Shown here: piece after piece, positions 29,501-44,168 of the stretch
Position numbering within the stretch: the first letter of the stretch is position 1
Layout: the number at the start of each line of letters is the position of its first letter
Assembly: GCA_030141605.1 (NCBI GenBank)
Contig: JAQGDQ010000041.1
Span: 372,001-436,000 of the forward strand
Direction of reading: 5' to 3'
DNA: 64,000 nucleotides
Source: Tubiluchus corallicola
Taxonomy: Eukaryota; Animalia; Priapulida
Made by a program: the position numbers and the translations under genes
Notes under the pieces: model-generated
What the model was told of the DNA's origin: nothing
Database searches by the model: none
Seen by the model: only the letters and a program-made list of their open reading frames with translations

Positions 29501-31253
29501 TGATTTAAAAAAAACGCAACTAGCGTCGGCTCAATAATTTACATGTCGGCGGCCTTCTGCTGACAAAAACTAATTACTGGACGTTCGAATTTCTGCATTT
29601 GAAAGCGTTTTGTAATTATGGAACTATCCATATAGGTACGCTTAGTTTACCAGAAACCGCCTGTTACAGGGTCATTTAATTATATCATTGGATATAACTT
29701 CTGTTAGTATTTGGTATAAATTATTTGCGACTAAATTTTATTCCTGCGGCTAGTTCAAAGTGTCTGGCTTCTTTTATCTCACGTCTTGATTTAGCTAATC
29801 ATTGGATAAATGTGGTAAAAACGACGATTGTAAGAGGTTACAAATAGTTGTTCAAGACATACTAAATTCACCATTCAAATTTCTTACTTAAGCTAATGTT
29901 TTACTTCTTGCCATTGGCAAAAACAATTAGCAATATAAATTGACACCCATCTAGTTACAGATAAATGCAATAATGTTTAAACCTCGGCCATGACACTTGT
30001 TGCTAAAAGCTACAAAATTAAAAATTAATTTACTTCTGGAGGTAGCCGAATAGAACGGTTTTAGGGCTCGTGACATAAATACTCTGTAAAAGTCATAAAA
30101 CCTCATGCATAATACAGAGGTGGTATTTTAACAACTGCCAGTGTTCCCACAAATTCTTCAACCATGATTGTTTACCAATCATAAACTTTAAACAAACAAC
30201 ACACGTTTACAAAACTGCTCACTTCAGTCTTCTTAGCCGTTGTTTGTCCACTGGCCACCGGTCACTGACACTGACCAGTGGACTTAGACAGCTTCCAAGC
30301 AGCATGGTCATTCCAAGCTTTATCTCCAAAATGCAATGTTAAAGACGATTATTTGTCATACATGAACAATGAAAATGCACCACTGAGGTTTAACGATAGA
30401 AGAATGGCTGTTGTTAGGCTTATAAATGCTGTATTAGTTTAGCTATTAAAACGGTGGCTAAATGAGAAGCAAAGGACAATTACAACAGGAATTAAATAGG
30501 AAACGTGATTCATCAAAGCATATTCACAATTTCATTGTAAATATAGAAAAGACTGTAAGATATTGAAAAATTAACCAATAATGCAAGTTCGATGAAGAAT
30601 TAGAATGACACAAAGAAGGAATAAATCTACGTAGGTTTTCCAAACTTTGACAACTTTATGCATAAATCAAATTCATGTATTAAAACGAATCATAAAACAA
30701 ACAAAAACGAACGTGTTTTAAAAAAGTATTAAACTTTTATCACAGACAAAAGTCTCAGAGATTTCCCCCAACATTTTTATATATTCGTTTATTCAATTAC
30801 CTTTTCATTATATTTATATGTTCAGGTTCCACTCTTACATAACTCTTTTAATTACTTACAACAATCCTACTTTTAGAATCAGATTATTTTGGTGCCATTT
30901 TGTTCCCCCCCCCCCCAATTTCGATAATTCATACAAACATATTACAAAACTTTTAATAAATTCAATGACCATTTTCCAAATTAACATCAAACTTTGCACA
31001 CATCAATTGCAGCGTTTAATAGTCTGGCAAAGGAAATTTCTGAATTACATTATCATTACGTGTAATTGCGCATGAAAACAGTAATAAATTAGTGGCGAAG
31101 CTCATGTCAGAAGATTAACTGCAGGATATATGTGAATTCACTTCATGCTCCTTGCAAATGCTTTGCAAAATGTAAGTGATCTCTCCGCAGAAGCATGTAG
31201 GCTTATATATTAGTATTACTTGCAGGTTGTGTTATGGACTTCTTTAAGGCCAC

Positions 31254-31314
31254 ATGTGGATTCCCTGTATGCAGTACATGGATTCCCTGTAAGCTGTATG
31301 TGGATTCGCTGAAA
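31254..31314. repeat. 22-bp minisatellite, about three units (atgtggattccctgtaNgcNgt), with a further copy near 31360
   Basis: Direct reading. Confidence 0.8.
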
Positions 31315-34300
31315 TTTACTCGCTGTTAGAACAAATGTGAATTATAGTTCTAAAAGTCTATGTGGATTCCTTGTAAACCATACAGTGGAATTTTTTGACA
31401 CGAGCGACGCCAGAAGAGTTAACTGTGGAAAAACTCAAACGCAAACCCAAACATACAGCCGTGGGGCAAACTGGAAATCTCCACAGAACGGCAAAAACAA
31501 ACAAAAGGGGTCATTTATATCAATATTACAGTTGCTATAGCTGTGACATTGCTGGCAGCATGTGACACCGGTAGAATTTCTAGTGCTGTGCAAACTTCTC
31601 GACGCAAAATGCAACAGCACATAATGTTCACGGGATTCCCAGAAAAAATATTCACATATCCAAATGCAGAAATTGAAAATGGTGAAGGAGCTTTAGAAAC
31701 TGGGAGCGCTCAGCAACTATATGATGTATTAGATCAATTTAGGCTAACCGTGTATTCACACATCTGTTTCCTCTGGCGTAATTGCTCTGTAATTAATGCC
31801 CTAGTCTTTAATTATATGTAATTTAGAGAGATCAGGCGAGTATAGTGGGGCCTCTTGGCACGCAACCAATACTTAATTAACACAAATGTATAGCGAGAAT
31901 TCACTCAAGACTGATTGATTCATTTTACACATAATGAGAAGAAAAGTAAAAAAACGATTTAAAAACAAAACATACAGAACAGCTACTACGTGAGCAAACG
32001 CACAACATTCATGCTCCTCGATTGGGGATGCTGAATTAGTAAGCATCGGTGTAGAGGGCGCTAAATAAAACTTTACAGGCACTAAGAAATGTCAAACATT
32101 AGCAGTTTAAAGCTTTTGGTCACGCGGTGCTTGAATTTTTAATCATGCGTGATAAAAATCCCCACAATTTCGTGCATTTTCTTTTCGGATTTCACAATGA
32201 TTTTCAGTTTTATTAAGAGCGCAAATCATTCCCATTCAATTTTCAAATAACTACAAATTTCTACAAAATCTACATTTACTCGCAGTGGAATACACGTATC
32301 TATTTTAATCTACATCGGAAAAATGTAGCTGTGTGTCCCTCATACCAAAAATGTTGTAAAACGGCATTTAGGAAGTTAAAGGAGAGCGTTTTCTGCGCAG
32401 TCTCTGTCTTCTTGGACAAACCGGCCAACGTAATAGACGTAGTCTTAGCAATGTACTCGAAACATGTAGCTGAATATATTATCATATAATAAATGATTTA
32501 TTTTATTTAAAAGAAGGGAAGTATATAAAAATCATATAACGATAATAATCTTTATTTAAAGTCGGCTTTTCGGATCAACAATTAAGCATAAGTTCCAAAG
32601 AACTTTTGGGGCCGACTGTAAATAACAATCAACAACTACATAACAGAGACTATTATTACCCCACTTTTACTGTGTGGTAAATATAACATGTAACTTGCAG
32701 TTCCAAGACGTATAAACTGGCTAATTCTTTTCAGGGTAAGTTGAACTCCTTCCCATAGGTCTAAATTTCAACATGCAAAGGCATCTTAAATTAACATGGC
32801 TCACTACTTTCTCCTATTGGGTACGATATAGCCTTATCGCACTCTTCGTTACAAATGTGACAACAATGAAATGGAAATGTTTAAATAACAAAGAAAATTT
32901 AAACACATTTTTTTCTTTTACCATAAACGCGCTGTAGTTTGATTGGAAAGACAAACGTTGAATTAGCTATGATTACTGGAAAAACTGCAAAGAATTACTC
33001 ATACAAATCACACATCCAGATGTAACAAGATTATTTCTTAATCACAGCAAGCCTATCCTTTTATGACTTAGCAAAGTTACATGCAACTGGATTTACAGCA
33101 CTAGCATAGGTCATGGCAACATATGTCATGGTCAGTCGGTTGGTCGGTCTGAAAATAAATCGACAGCAAAGTCAGTCATTCAGTCAGCAAGTCAGTTCAG
33201 TCAGTCGACCAAGCAGCCAGTGAAGTGCAACTAACCAGTGATAATGATAGACTTAGTGAAGCAAAAAAAACGTCGACCAACTAGAGATAAATTTAACAAA
33301 TCAACCAATGAAACAACCAGCCAGAAGTCAGTGAGTTACTCGCCCAATCAGTTAAATTAGTCATTTACTAACAAGTGGTTTTCCCTATAGCACAAAAATG
33401 GCAGAATCCGACATAGAAAGTGTAAATAAATAAAAAAACCGCGCAAAAGTGCATCTCTTTTCTTTGGTGTGATTTTCATTTTTGAAAAAAGCATAGTAAA
33501 TCTAAATGCTGATCACAATTAATTTTTATTTTGGACATTAATCATAAAAAAATGATGGCAAAATATAATGACTTGTGTCTAGTGAATAGATTGAATTTTC
33601 TGTCTTGGTAAGCCATATGAAATTTTAATCTAAGAACAAAGCGAAACGACATTGGGTATGTTTCTACGAATCATTCCTATTTAAATAAATGACTAAAGTT
33701 TAAAGTGCAAACTGATCAAATAGTAAATTTGTAAGGAACATATTATTAAGAACCATGTAATTAATTAATTAAGGGTCCAGGTTAATTTATTAGCTGAACG
33801 AGCTGACAATCCTGCTAATTCGCTGACTCTACTATGGGCAAAGTTTAAAGTTCACTGTTCAAACCCGGACTAGGGATTCCAAGTTTTCTCCATCAAACTA
33901 ATGATTGCAATTCCACGTAATATGATGTAATGCTATACGTACGTCATACTAATTATACGCCATTTTGTTGACTTTTAAAAATAAGCTATCCAGTACAAAC
34001 GACACAAACGTGAATGCAGTCCTAGCACCCCATGTTTGGGTTTTACTCCATTAATCATGTATAATTTATGCACTATGCACTGTTAAGTATACATTATACA
34101 CACAAACACAGCCAATGTGCCGACGACATTTGATTAATCTAATTAAATTTTCATGGCATTTTCAAATGGTGTCGCAGTGGGAATGAGGAGAGATAGGCTT
34201 AACTTTTTAATTATTAATTACTATCGAATTACACCATATGCCCATATTTTATACCTATACCTGCATTGAGAGTTGCTTACCTAGCTACTAACAAAATTAT

Positions 34301-36701
34301 GCATCTATTACTATCTGGGTCGACTGACGTTGCCTAGTTAGGCCCTAGTTAGTGCTGGTTGCTTAGATAACTGACAGACTGAATAACTGTCGAATAGCTG
34401 CAGCAGGCAATGGCTTGATGTTTTTTTGGTGTCCAATTGGGTTAATCATTTAAACAAATTTACTGGGTTAATATGCATTTCGTTAGTTTAATTACAGTGT
34501 ATTTAACTATAAATTGGCAGCACGGCTAAATTTTGATGGGTTAATCATAGCCACCTAATCATAGCGGCATCCGGTTGTTGTCCGTAACTTTTTGACATAC
34601 AACGCAGTCAACTGCTACACAAGTTGCTTAAAAATTTCTGAATAAAGTATCTCAAACAAAAAAAATTGTGATATACCATGACTGTAATATGAACGTGTAA
34701 GCGTGTTTTTCTATTGGATATAATCTAGATAGGGGTAATTAATAACCTAGCCGAGTATTTAAAAGATTTACAATAAGCGAAAGTTTGGAATGATTGTAAT
34801 TGGACGGCAGCCCTTCAGGAATAATACCAATACGGCGATTATAAATTACTCTGCTTCTATACCTTGTCACTATGGTTTAAGCAGATCATTTATTTTGCCT
34901 AAGCTTTATGAAAGTTTAACAAGATTGCGATACGCTCCTATGTTGATGACCTGCAGGCTTTCCATTATTAATTGCGTTAGTATTACCTGTGGTAAAAGGT
35001 TTCTTGAAGAATCGATTAAATACGCTTGGGTGTTTTAATTTCAAAATCACAGCGCAGCTGGGCAGCAGTAAGGCTCAGGTGAGATGAAGTTTCCTGATTC
35101 CCTCACAATTTTTGTATTACAAAATGTCAAGGAGGAATTACAATCGTTAAACTGGTAAAGAAAATTCGGAGATTTCAAGTCTAGAAAAAAATGAGACCGT
35201 CCCCTTCTAATTGCCCCTTAAACTTGTGAATACACTTCCTAAGCTGGAGTTCTGACTTAAGAAATATATGGTTTATATATATATATATATTGCATTTCGT
35301 TAATATTAAAAATATTAATTTCTGGATATTGTACCACTGAAAAAGCAATAATTAACGGCACACCTAATTAATTCTATAGTACTTTCCAGCTAACACCTAT
35401 TCTATGCGCATACCTATTCTGCCTGTTGGGATTATTTTAATTTAATAGATTGAATAAATCGACGTGAATTAATGTTCTTTGCACATAATGTAAATCCACG
35501 CAAAATAAACAGGTTTAATTCACAACGTAACAAAGGAATAATGCGGAATTCAGCTTTTTTGGTTATGTGAGAAAACTTTGTTTAATTCAAAACATACTGA
35601 ACGTATGCACCATGAATTTCAAGAACAGGCAAAATTGAATATATGAGAGCTTAATGCTATAATGCTATTAGATGTCTACAAATACTTTTACGTCGTTTAT
35701 ATTATTATTCCAGCATCATAAGATAAGAAAATAGGATTTCGTTAGAAGAAAAAATGATTCGGCAGCGCGAAGTGTAATCATGTAACTGCAGAAAATGTTG
35801 AATTATACTCTACGAATGCCTTACTGTACATGAATTTTCAGTCAAGACAAGCAGTGTAGTAAACGCAAAATAATTGATCTAAATGCTTAACTTCTAATAA
35901 CCAAGTTTGATTTTTAGTTGCTTATTAATATATAATCTGCACATAGCTCATTAAAATGTTCTAGGGAAATGATTTCAGTTTTGGATCCTTTGTCAATGTC
36001 GTTTTATCAATGGCAGTTAAATTAAATAGAAATAATAGATGTTAAATTGCAGAAAAAGTTGCTAAAGATTCTAAATTCTGAACAAATTCAGCAATTTTGA
36101 GCACATGCCGAGTGACAATAAACCAGTGTCATTGAAGCCATAGGAAAATTCAATGGAGTTTTTAGTTAAATCTGCGTCTTTTTGTTCGTTTAGATGGAAT
36201 AATTAAAAGCAATGTCATTTTGTCCACCCTCACCTTCAAACATGCCACTCACAAATTTCCTAATGCCAAATTTTGAAGAGAAACTAGACAGTTGTTTAAA
36301 AAAACACTATCAGACACATAGGAAAGCAAAATCATTGTCACAATGTCCACTTATAGGTTTCGGGTAGAGTTTTCAAGCTTCAACTTATCGAGAAAGTTAC
36401 TATACAGAACTTTTCAGCAAAATTCAAACTTAATATCAGTTAGTAATATCAGGAAGCAAAGGAATTTTAAAATATGTCTCAAAAACTCAATATTAAGTTA
36501 AACTTCTTAGCATTACGCTTACATGATTGATATATGTAACTGAAAAAGAAAATTCTTAATAATTTAAATGTTCGTCCAACTAGGAAAACGTCACTGTTTT
36601 ATCATTCTACTGCACACCAAAAAACGTCATTGACTCAAAAAAAACATTATTAATCTTATTGACAACATAAAGTAATTTATAATTTTATTTAGTTAGTGAA
36701 G

Positions 36702-37466
36702 AGTAGAGAAACACTGGAAGGAAAATTAGAAGCATGGAGAGCCGCTTTGGAGAGCAGAGGAATGAGGATTAGTAGATCCAAAACGGAGTACCTTACGACA
36801 GACATGAATGGGGACCAACGAGAAACAATAAGATTGAATGGGGCAGAGTTGAAAAGAGTAAAGACCTTTAAGTATCTGAGATCCATGATAGATGAGACTG
36901 CAGGAATGGAAAAGGAGGTGAATTTCAGGATTCAGTGTGGTTGGAATAACTGGCGAAAAGTTTCGGGTGTGATATGCGATAAGAGGATTCCAGCGAGACT
37001 TAAAGGTAAAGTTCACAAAGCAGTGGTCAGACCCGCCCTAATATATGGGCTGGAAGCAGCACCTCTAAAGAAGACCGAAGAGAAGAAAATGGATGTGGCG
37101 GAGATGAGAATGTTGAGATGGATGGTGGGAGTAACAAGAAGGGATAAAATCAGGAATAGTAATATTAGAGGAACAGTGAAAGTAGTGGAAGCCTCGAAAA
37201 AGATACAAGAGGCAAGATTTCGATGGTATGGGCACCTGAGAAGGAGAGTCGGGGAAGATCACGTGGGAAGGGAGGTCATGGAAATGGAAGTGCTGGGAAA
37301 CAGAAAAAGAGGACGACCCAAGCTGAGATGGTTTGAATGCATAAACGGAGACCTTAGAGAGAAGAACATAAATGAAGAGATGGTCAACAACAGGAATGCA
37401 TGGAGAAAACTTATTCACAATGACGACCCCGCATAGGGAAAGCTGAGAAGAAGAAGAAGAAGAAGA
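36702..37466 (+). mobile_element. 5'-truncated RTE-clade LINE: C-terminal RT region, short 3' UTR and (GAA)n tail
   Basis: Uninterrupted 246-aa ORF with RTE motifs (GMRISRSKTEY, FKYL.S, WRKVSGVICD, VRPALIYG.E, EMRMLRW, RFRWYGH, RGRPKLRW). (GAA)n tail; AGTGAAG is repeated at 36695-36701 and 37467-37473 as a probable TSD. Confidence 0.92.
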
Positions 37467-39889
37467 AGTGAAGTGTGTGCTACAAATGCTCTGATTATCT
37501 TTTTAAACTTTATGCTGCGTGCTATGTAAACTTGCTTTAAATGACTTACCCTTAAAATGGCTGCGTCTAACGGTCATCGTGTGAGTTTAAATTTTCATAA
37601 GACAGTATTTCAAGACTTTTTATTTAAGTAAAGGGTTTCTGGTCTTTAAGTCCTTGACCACTTTGTCCACTTATAAAAATCTATGTCATTTCATGCACAC
37701 GGCTTGCATGCGCACCTCTCAGCTTACAGAAAGCTGCCAGTGTCAAATTTAGAAAAGAACTCGAAACTAGTTAGTAAAATCGATGAGGATGTGTTTAAAC
37801 AGAAAAACTCTAGTTGCATTAACACATTAGCACGTCACGCAAGTTTAACACAATCTGTATGAAATCTTTACAAGATTATTGATGATCTTGTCTTTACAAA
37901 CCAAGTTTATTGATGTTATTTTGGAAGCCAAGCTGAATAACGATGTTTTTGAAGCCAGGTATATTATGAATGGAAAATGAGTTTATGAATGAAACAAATG
38001 AGTGCACGGCACAATGTCTTATTATAATGTGATATTGTATCTATCTAATGATTTATTTGGGTTTATTTGCTCATGGGGTCAATAAATAATGTCATTAACT
38101 AGGTAAATTTTTTGCCAAAAATTCTGCAATCTTATTGTGTATCATTTTATTTACTAACTGTTAACTAGTCTTTCACGTGTTAACGTGTACATTTCTAGTT
38201 TATCTGTGTATTTATGTGCAATGCACATTGTGCACGCGTGCGCGTGTGTCTACCAAACAAATGTCAATACTGAAAATTATTATTTTGAACAATAATGTGC
38301 TTCATTTTCAGCGAAAGAACACTTAGACGATCACGGCACTTATGTCTTAGCTGCAGTATCGTTGTCGATACTGTACGCTATTTAAAGCCCACTTTTATAA
38401 TTATACCCTCCCTATAACGGTCAAACTAAAGCGGCAATAACTTATAGTGTTCATATTCCTTGTCAGTAGATGCCAACCAGTTAGGCATAACACAAAGACA
38501 AAGACAACATTTATTTACGGTCGTTATTAATAGCTATTTACATACTATTACTACCAAACTTCCAGCTCAACTCATCATCACCTAACATTATTAGCGAATT
38601 AAAAAACCAAGTGTGTTTTTAAAAACGTTCACCAAAAAGAAATCTGTTCATAGCTACTCGGTTTACAATACTGACTGCGCACTAGAACTTGCAGCAGTGG
38701 CCTTCTACAAAATGCAGACTACACACTTCAATTACAGACTACGGATAAAAGCAAGTGGCAAATAAAGAGAGAGAAATTCATGAAATCAGGGCCATTTTAC
38801 CAATAATTCAAACTGCAAGCACAAATTTTTCAGCGAACAAATCAAAATCATGATAGCCTAATAACCAAAAGTAAACAAATCAGATGAAATTCGATTCAGC
38901 AGGGCGCACCGCATTTAGATCATTACCATGCCTAATCTGTTCTGACAATATATGCAAATCTCTCCTATATAATTTAGTGGTCACTAGCATCTGCTCAGGG
39001 GATTATACAAGTGGACAGAATTAGGGAGTGACCACTTCAACTACTAGCTACATTAGACGGTCAGTCAACAATTGGGGAAGCCAAGGAATCGCGTCACTGA
39101 TATACAGCGGAGATTGTCAACAGATGACAAGGATGAAGTATGAAGTAAAATAATAAATCTGCGTATCTGACAGGCTTCAGCACCATACTTTTAGCCAGTG
39201 GATTTCTCAGTTAATTGGCTAATTTTATGCGATGCATTTGGGGCAATCAAAATCTGGATTAAGATAGGAATCAATCCAGTATGCAGCTCACATTACGTTT
39301 TGCTCAATAAATTTCAAGTTATCATCATTGATCAAAGTTCGACAATTGCAACCAGACGCAAAAAATCGCACGGGGCAAGAAACACCTTAGTATGAAACTG
39401 CTGAAATGTTTACAAAAACATGCAATACTTTAGTTCTTCAACTCGTGTTTTTATGCTAAATGGATATCCCATGCACTCTACCACGCGACTGCTGTCAAAA
39501 ATACGTTTGAATTCGTGCATGTACACGGCTGCACACAAAACGAAGCCATCCCATGTCATTACGGGCGCGTAACGGTTCAATAATCTGGCAAACATTGGAC
39601 AATTGTCTCTACACTACGGTTCTGTGCACACGTTATAGAATTACATAACCCTTGCCAATAACGGCGCTGTATTTCCGAAGCCATTATCGCCTTCAACTAA
39701 TTGATGCAAACTCGCCAACGTGTGTCAGCAAGTGCATTGAGTATTCTGGAAACAACTAATGGCAAAAATACTCATGAGATGAAAAATTCAAAACAGTTTG
39801 AGAAGGCAACTCTCCTTCAATGCGTCATGTCTTCTAACTCTCTAAACTACACATGACATTTTACTAAAATTTAACCATACTAAAAAAAA

Positions 39890-39972
39890 TTCATTCATTC
39901 GTTCGTTTGTTCATTCATTTATTCACTCGTTCATTCATTCGTTTGCTCATTCATTTATTCATTCTTTCATTT
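39890..39972. repeat. Degenerate (TTCA)n microsatellite
   Basis: Direct reading. Confidence 0.9.
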
Positions 39973-42900
39973 AAAAATCAAAATTGACCTTCAAAAGCAA
40001 ATACACCAACTTATGTATAATTTTCAGTTGCTTTCTAATTGGCGACACTGGCAATGGCAATTAGTGGACAGCATGAAGGACGTTCAAATAATGAAAACTT
40101 ACTCATGGTTTGCAACAAATTAACTAACTGACTTTATTATGATGGTATTAGTAAGGTTAAATAGTAGCAACAAGGAATCATTCCACTCTGAATAAAAAAG
40201 CTAAACATTTTCATTTTAACTGCCACAATGATAGTCTTCCAAGCATTTGTTTTTTGTGAGGAGGGGGGATTCTGAAGTGATTCCTTCTTTTGACCCTTCT
40301 CTGAGTTTGTTGACTATTAAGTGAGTGTTTGTTGTGCAGTGGTTATGCAATTTTGCTTATATTTTACAGTTAAAAAATTACAATTATTTACAATGTACAA
40401 CTACTCCTATTAAAAAGAGACAGTTGGTTCAGCAACCTGAAGTGTAAACGTAAGTTTTACTTGACACAAATGATTCTTGATGACAAGAATTGGAATAATT
40501 AATTGAAAATCACGCAAAAAACAAATCCTCAAAATCCTTATTAATAAGTACAATCAAGCTTTACGGTGCACAAGGTAAACTAAACTCCTTGCTGGATAAT
40601 AAAAGGTAACATATTGCTTCAAGGGAAAAAGTAACTGTCAGCCGCAAAAATGAGATTGTCAGAAACGAAATAACAAAGTATTGCCTTGAGAAACCTAATT
40701 TGAAGGGAAGGAACACTTCACGTCTAACTATGTAACAAGCAAATGTCAGATGTATTAGTAATTCACAAAGAAGTGTAAAAAACTGGGTTTTTGTTTTAGT
40801 ACATTCTTATTTATGTTTCCTTTATTTGTTCAAGTAGTTGTTATTTTCTCATTTTTGTTTATTTATTTATTAATTATGTCATTCAGTCACTCAATGGATA
40901 ATAGACAAATCATACAATTATTATCTCTCACGTAATTAAATATTTGCTGAAATTTGGTAAACAAAGCATCATTTTATTTAAAACACAGAATAATAAATTA
41001 AATATTGACTATTTGAACACCTTCGTAAAACAAATGTAAGCAGTTACATGCACAAAATTGTTCAAGTGATCACCATTAGTTAGGAAATGAAATCTTATCA
41101 CCATTACTCATATCCTCAGCCTCAGCAGCAATCCATCTTACTTATCCGTGCGCAAAAGGGTTATAAAACTACGATAATAAAAACAATTAATGTTCTTTTC
41201 TAATTTTACACCTTGAATAATTGATAAATGTACAAACCGCAGTAAAACCACTGATGAAATTTTCTTGGAAACCATGGAGTGTTAGACTAACTATTTCACC
41301 CTCAGTCTGACCTACTTTATAAATTTATTGCTAGAAGCAAATGTCAATATCTACATTAAGATTTAGTGATATAAACACTCAGCAGGTTTAATTGAACTTT
41401 CTTCCTCAAAGGTGTTTTAACTTTTAATGGAATTTGGAGAAAAATTTGTAAATCCATATAATGAAAAGCTAAAAGCTTTTGCATATTTAAATAACTTTTT
41501 TTCAGTTTGTTCAACAAATGTTTTTTTCCATAAAAATATGGTTGGATTTCAGGTATGTCACGCTAAACTTAAATTGCCAACTTTTGCTTACAAATTATGA
41601 TTGCCTAATTTCCAAATTAGGTGCGAGGTGAATAAGTGAGTGGTCATAATGTGCATAGAGCGGATGGAGTTAAGTAACGCTGAGCCTGGTTAGAAAACGG
41701 TTGAGTACCTTACCGAAAAAAAACTGCTTCTCAAAATTCTCATTTGAAAAACGTTAAAAACTCATTAATGAGGTACATAAACATTAGCAGTCTCTGAAGA
41801 ATTATTAGAATTTTTGAAACTAGTTATTAAACTGCCAAAAGGTACGTACTAGTTGTTACATGAAATCAAGATTAAAAATTAAATGGTTAAAACACATAGA
41901 AAAGCTGAACAGATTTAAAAACTGTCTATGCTACACCATTGTTATAGATACTATATAAAATTTAAGTTTGCTTAAATTAAATTAAATTAATGCAAGCCAA
42001 GTGTGGTAATAAATTCTTCACGACAGTTGCAAATATGCAGCTGAACAAATACACAATATTTAAATAAATAACAAAATAATATTTAAAAATTACAAATAAT
42101 ATTAAACCAAATTAAATAAAATTAAGTCGTTAAAATAAATTGCATTTCCTTGTTTATCAACCAACGGAGTATATTTTATACATTTATATCGTTCATTTTC
42201 GTTATCATTTCATCATTTCTGTTTTGTCTCATTAAGATGCTGTAAAGTGAACTAGTCTGAGGAGCAAAGTGCCTTATTACAGCACCAAAGAAAAGGTTTG
42301 GCATTCATTTAAAGAGTTCTTTGTAAAAGTGTGATATCAACCATGCAAATGTTGAAATCCTGAGTACAGCCACAGCTAATTTTGACAAGCCGTACGATAC
42401 AGCACTTTGATACTGGAAAATACAGAAACCAGATGAATAACAGCAGTGCAGGCCAGGGCAACTGCATCAACCTCAATGAACATGGCAACACAGTCAGAGA
42501 ATGTCTGGAATTTGATTCTTTAGCCGCAAAAGAAGTTACAGATAGAGGAAAAGATGTCGTAACTGAAATCGATGGACAACCTTAGCAAAAGTAAGCAAGC
42601 AAATTGTGATAAGCATGGGGGTCTCGGTGTGTCAACATTTTTATTAAAGTAACCTTTTCTTCAATCAAACAGAAAGAAAATGCCACTATTTTTAACTGCT
42701 TTTTTTCATAGGTTTCAAAAGCTTGATACAAGCATAATTATTGAAATCGATATAGATTAATACATTTCTATTCCGCCTTTCATGCATCTCTCACATCTAC
42801 TATCAACAAAGTGCTCAAACAACAGGGTGCAAATATTTAAGCAAATTCATCCTGAACGTACAAACAAAAAACAAAATTTACAAGCATACCATATATCACA

Positions 42901-43108
42901 CTTGAAATGATCGGGTGCATAGAAATCGTGGCTTTACACAAAAGGACACAAAATACAACACAACAAAGCATTTATGGAATTTTAAAATTTGAAGGGTATA
43001 AACACAACCTGCAGTTGTTGAACATAACCATACGACTAGAATTAATCATTTATTATACTATAACAGACAAAGGCGAAGACTCACAAAAGTGGTTAAACAC
43101 ATCCTAAG

Positions 43109-43861
43109 CAGAGATGGGCGGATAGCGGGTTTGCAGTCATGCGGTTGTAGAATCCGCAATAATTTTGAGGATCGAGGATAATGAATTATGTGCGGATATG
43201 CGGACTGCATTTTTTAATGCCTAAAATCACGGATTTTAGGTATTAAAAATGCAAGTCACTTAAGTAAAGTAAATTTTCAAGTGTTTGCACAAAAAGTCTA
43301 CCCAATTTCAGTTCGTTAAGCACTCCCTTGCGCATTAGAAGGCTTGTTGCCACATTAAACGCCTTTCATCACTAGTTCATTTTAAGATGCCCTCATCACC
43401 TCTTGCTTTTTTGCTACTTCCCGATACTTTACCTGGCAATTCCCAGATGCAAAACATTGCTCATAATTACAAATATTATACTTTTTTACTCGAGCCTATT
43501 ATGGTTTGTGGTGTGGTGTGGTGTGGTGGGCATGATATGGTAAAGTGATGTACTATGTACATTATGCTGCGTGAGCTGTTGTGAAGGTTTACAAGCAAAA
43601 TTGGGGTCTGGCTAGTAATTTATTATTGATTCACGATTAAAAATTCCTAGTTTCATACAAAGAAACGGTTTTTAACAATAAAGGATTTTTTATCGATAGA
43701 GGCTACACACATAGCAAGCCTAGTTACTTGGTTGCCTACATTTTTGCGAATATTGCGGATATTCAAATTTCACTCAATCTGCTGATTTTGTGGATGCGGA
43801 TATGTAGATTGTGGATTTAACATTTGTGGATACATGAGAAAATGATAACCGCCCATCTCTG
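43109..43861. mobile_element. Non-autonomous hAT-type element (MITE), 753 bp
   Basis: Perfect 13-bp TIR CAGAGATGGGCGG, exact 8-bp TSD ATCCTAAG (43101-43108 and 43862-43869), subterminal GCGGATAT-like repeats. Confidence 0.9.
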
Positions 43862-44168
43862 ATCCTAAGTGCCACTCAGCCTACAATAAGGGATGTCTTT
43901 AAACCATGCTTGTGTGCACATGAAATATGTGCTAGTTACTGTTATTAAATCAGTTATTAAAAATATATAATCTGTTTGTATAAAGGTATTAACACATTCA
44001 GTAATAAACCTTTCCAGTACTCTAAGGAAATACTTATTGAAATGGAAAAGTCAGATACTTTCTTTCACAAGGCTTCACTCTATGTACCAGTTAACAATGA
44101 TTACAAATTGCTCCTTATAGAATTAGACACAAGCAAAATTGTGTTCAGAAATTTAACTTACCTAAATT

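Noticed and set aside
31254-31385. Short direct repeats as a possible CRISPR array
   Set aside because: Units are contiguous with no unique spacers, there are no cas genes, and the context is eukaryotic; it is a minisatellite.
36726-37418. Antisense ORFs (96 and 117 aa)
   Set aside because: Shadow frames of the RTE reverse-transcriptase ORF.
42382-42585. 67-aa plus-strand ORF
   Set aside because: No recognisable homology or clear exon boundaries; may lie antisense to the NAXD 3' region.
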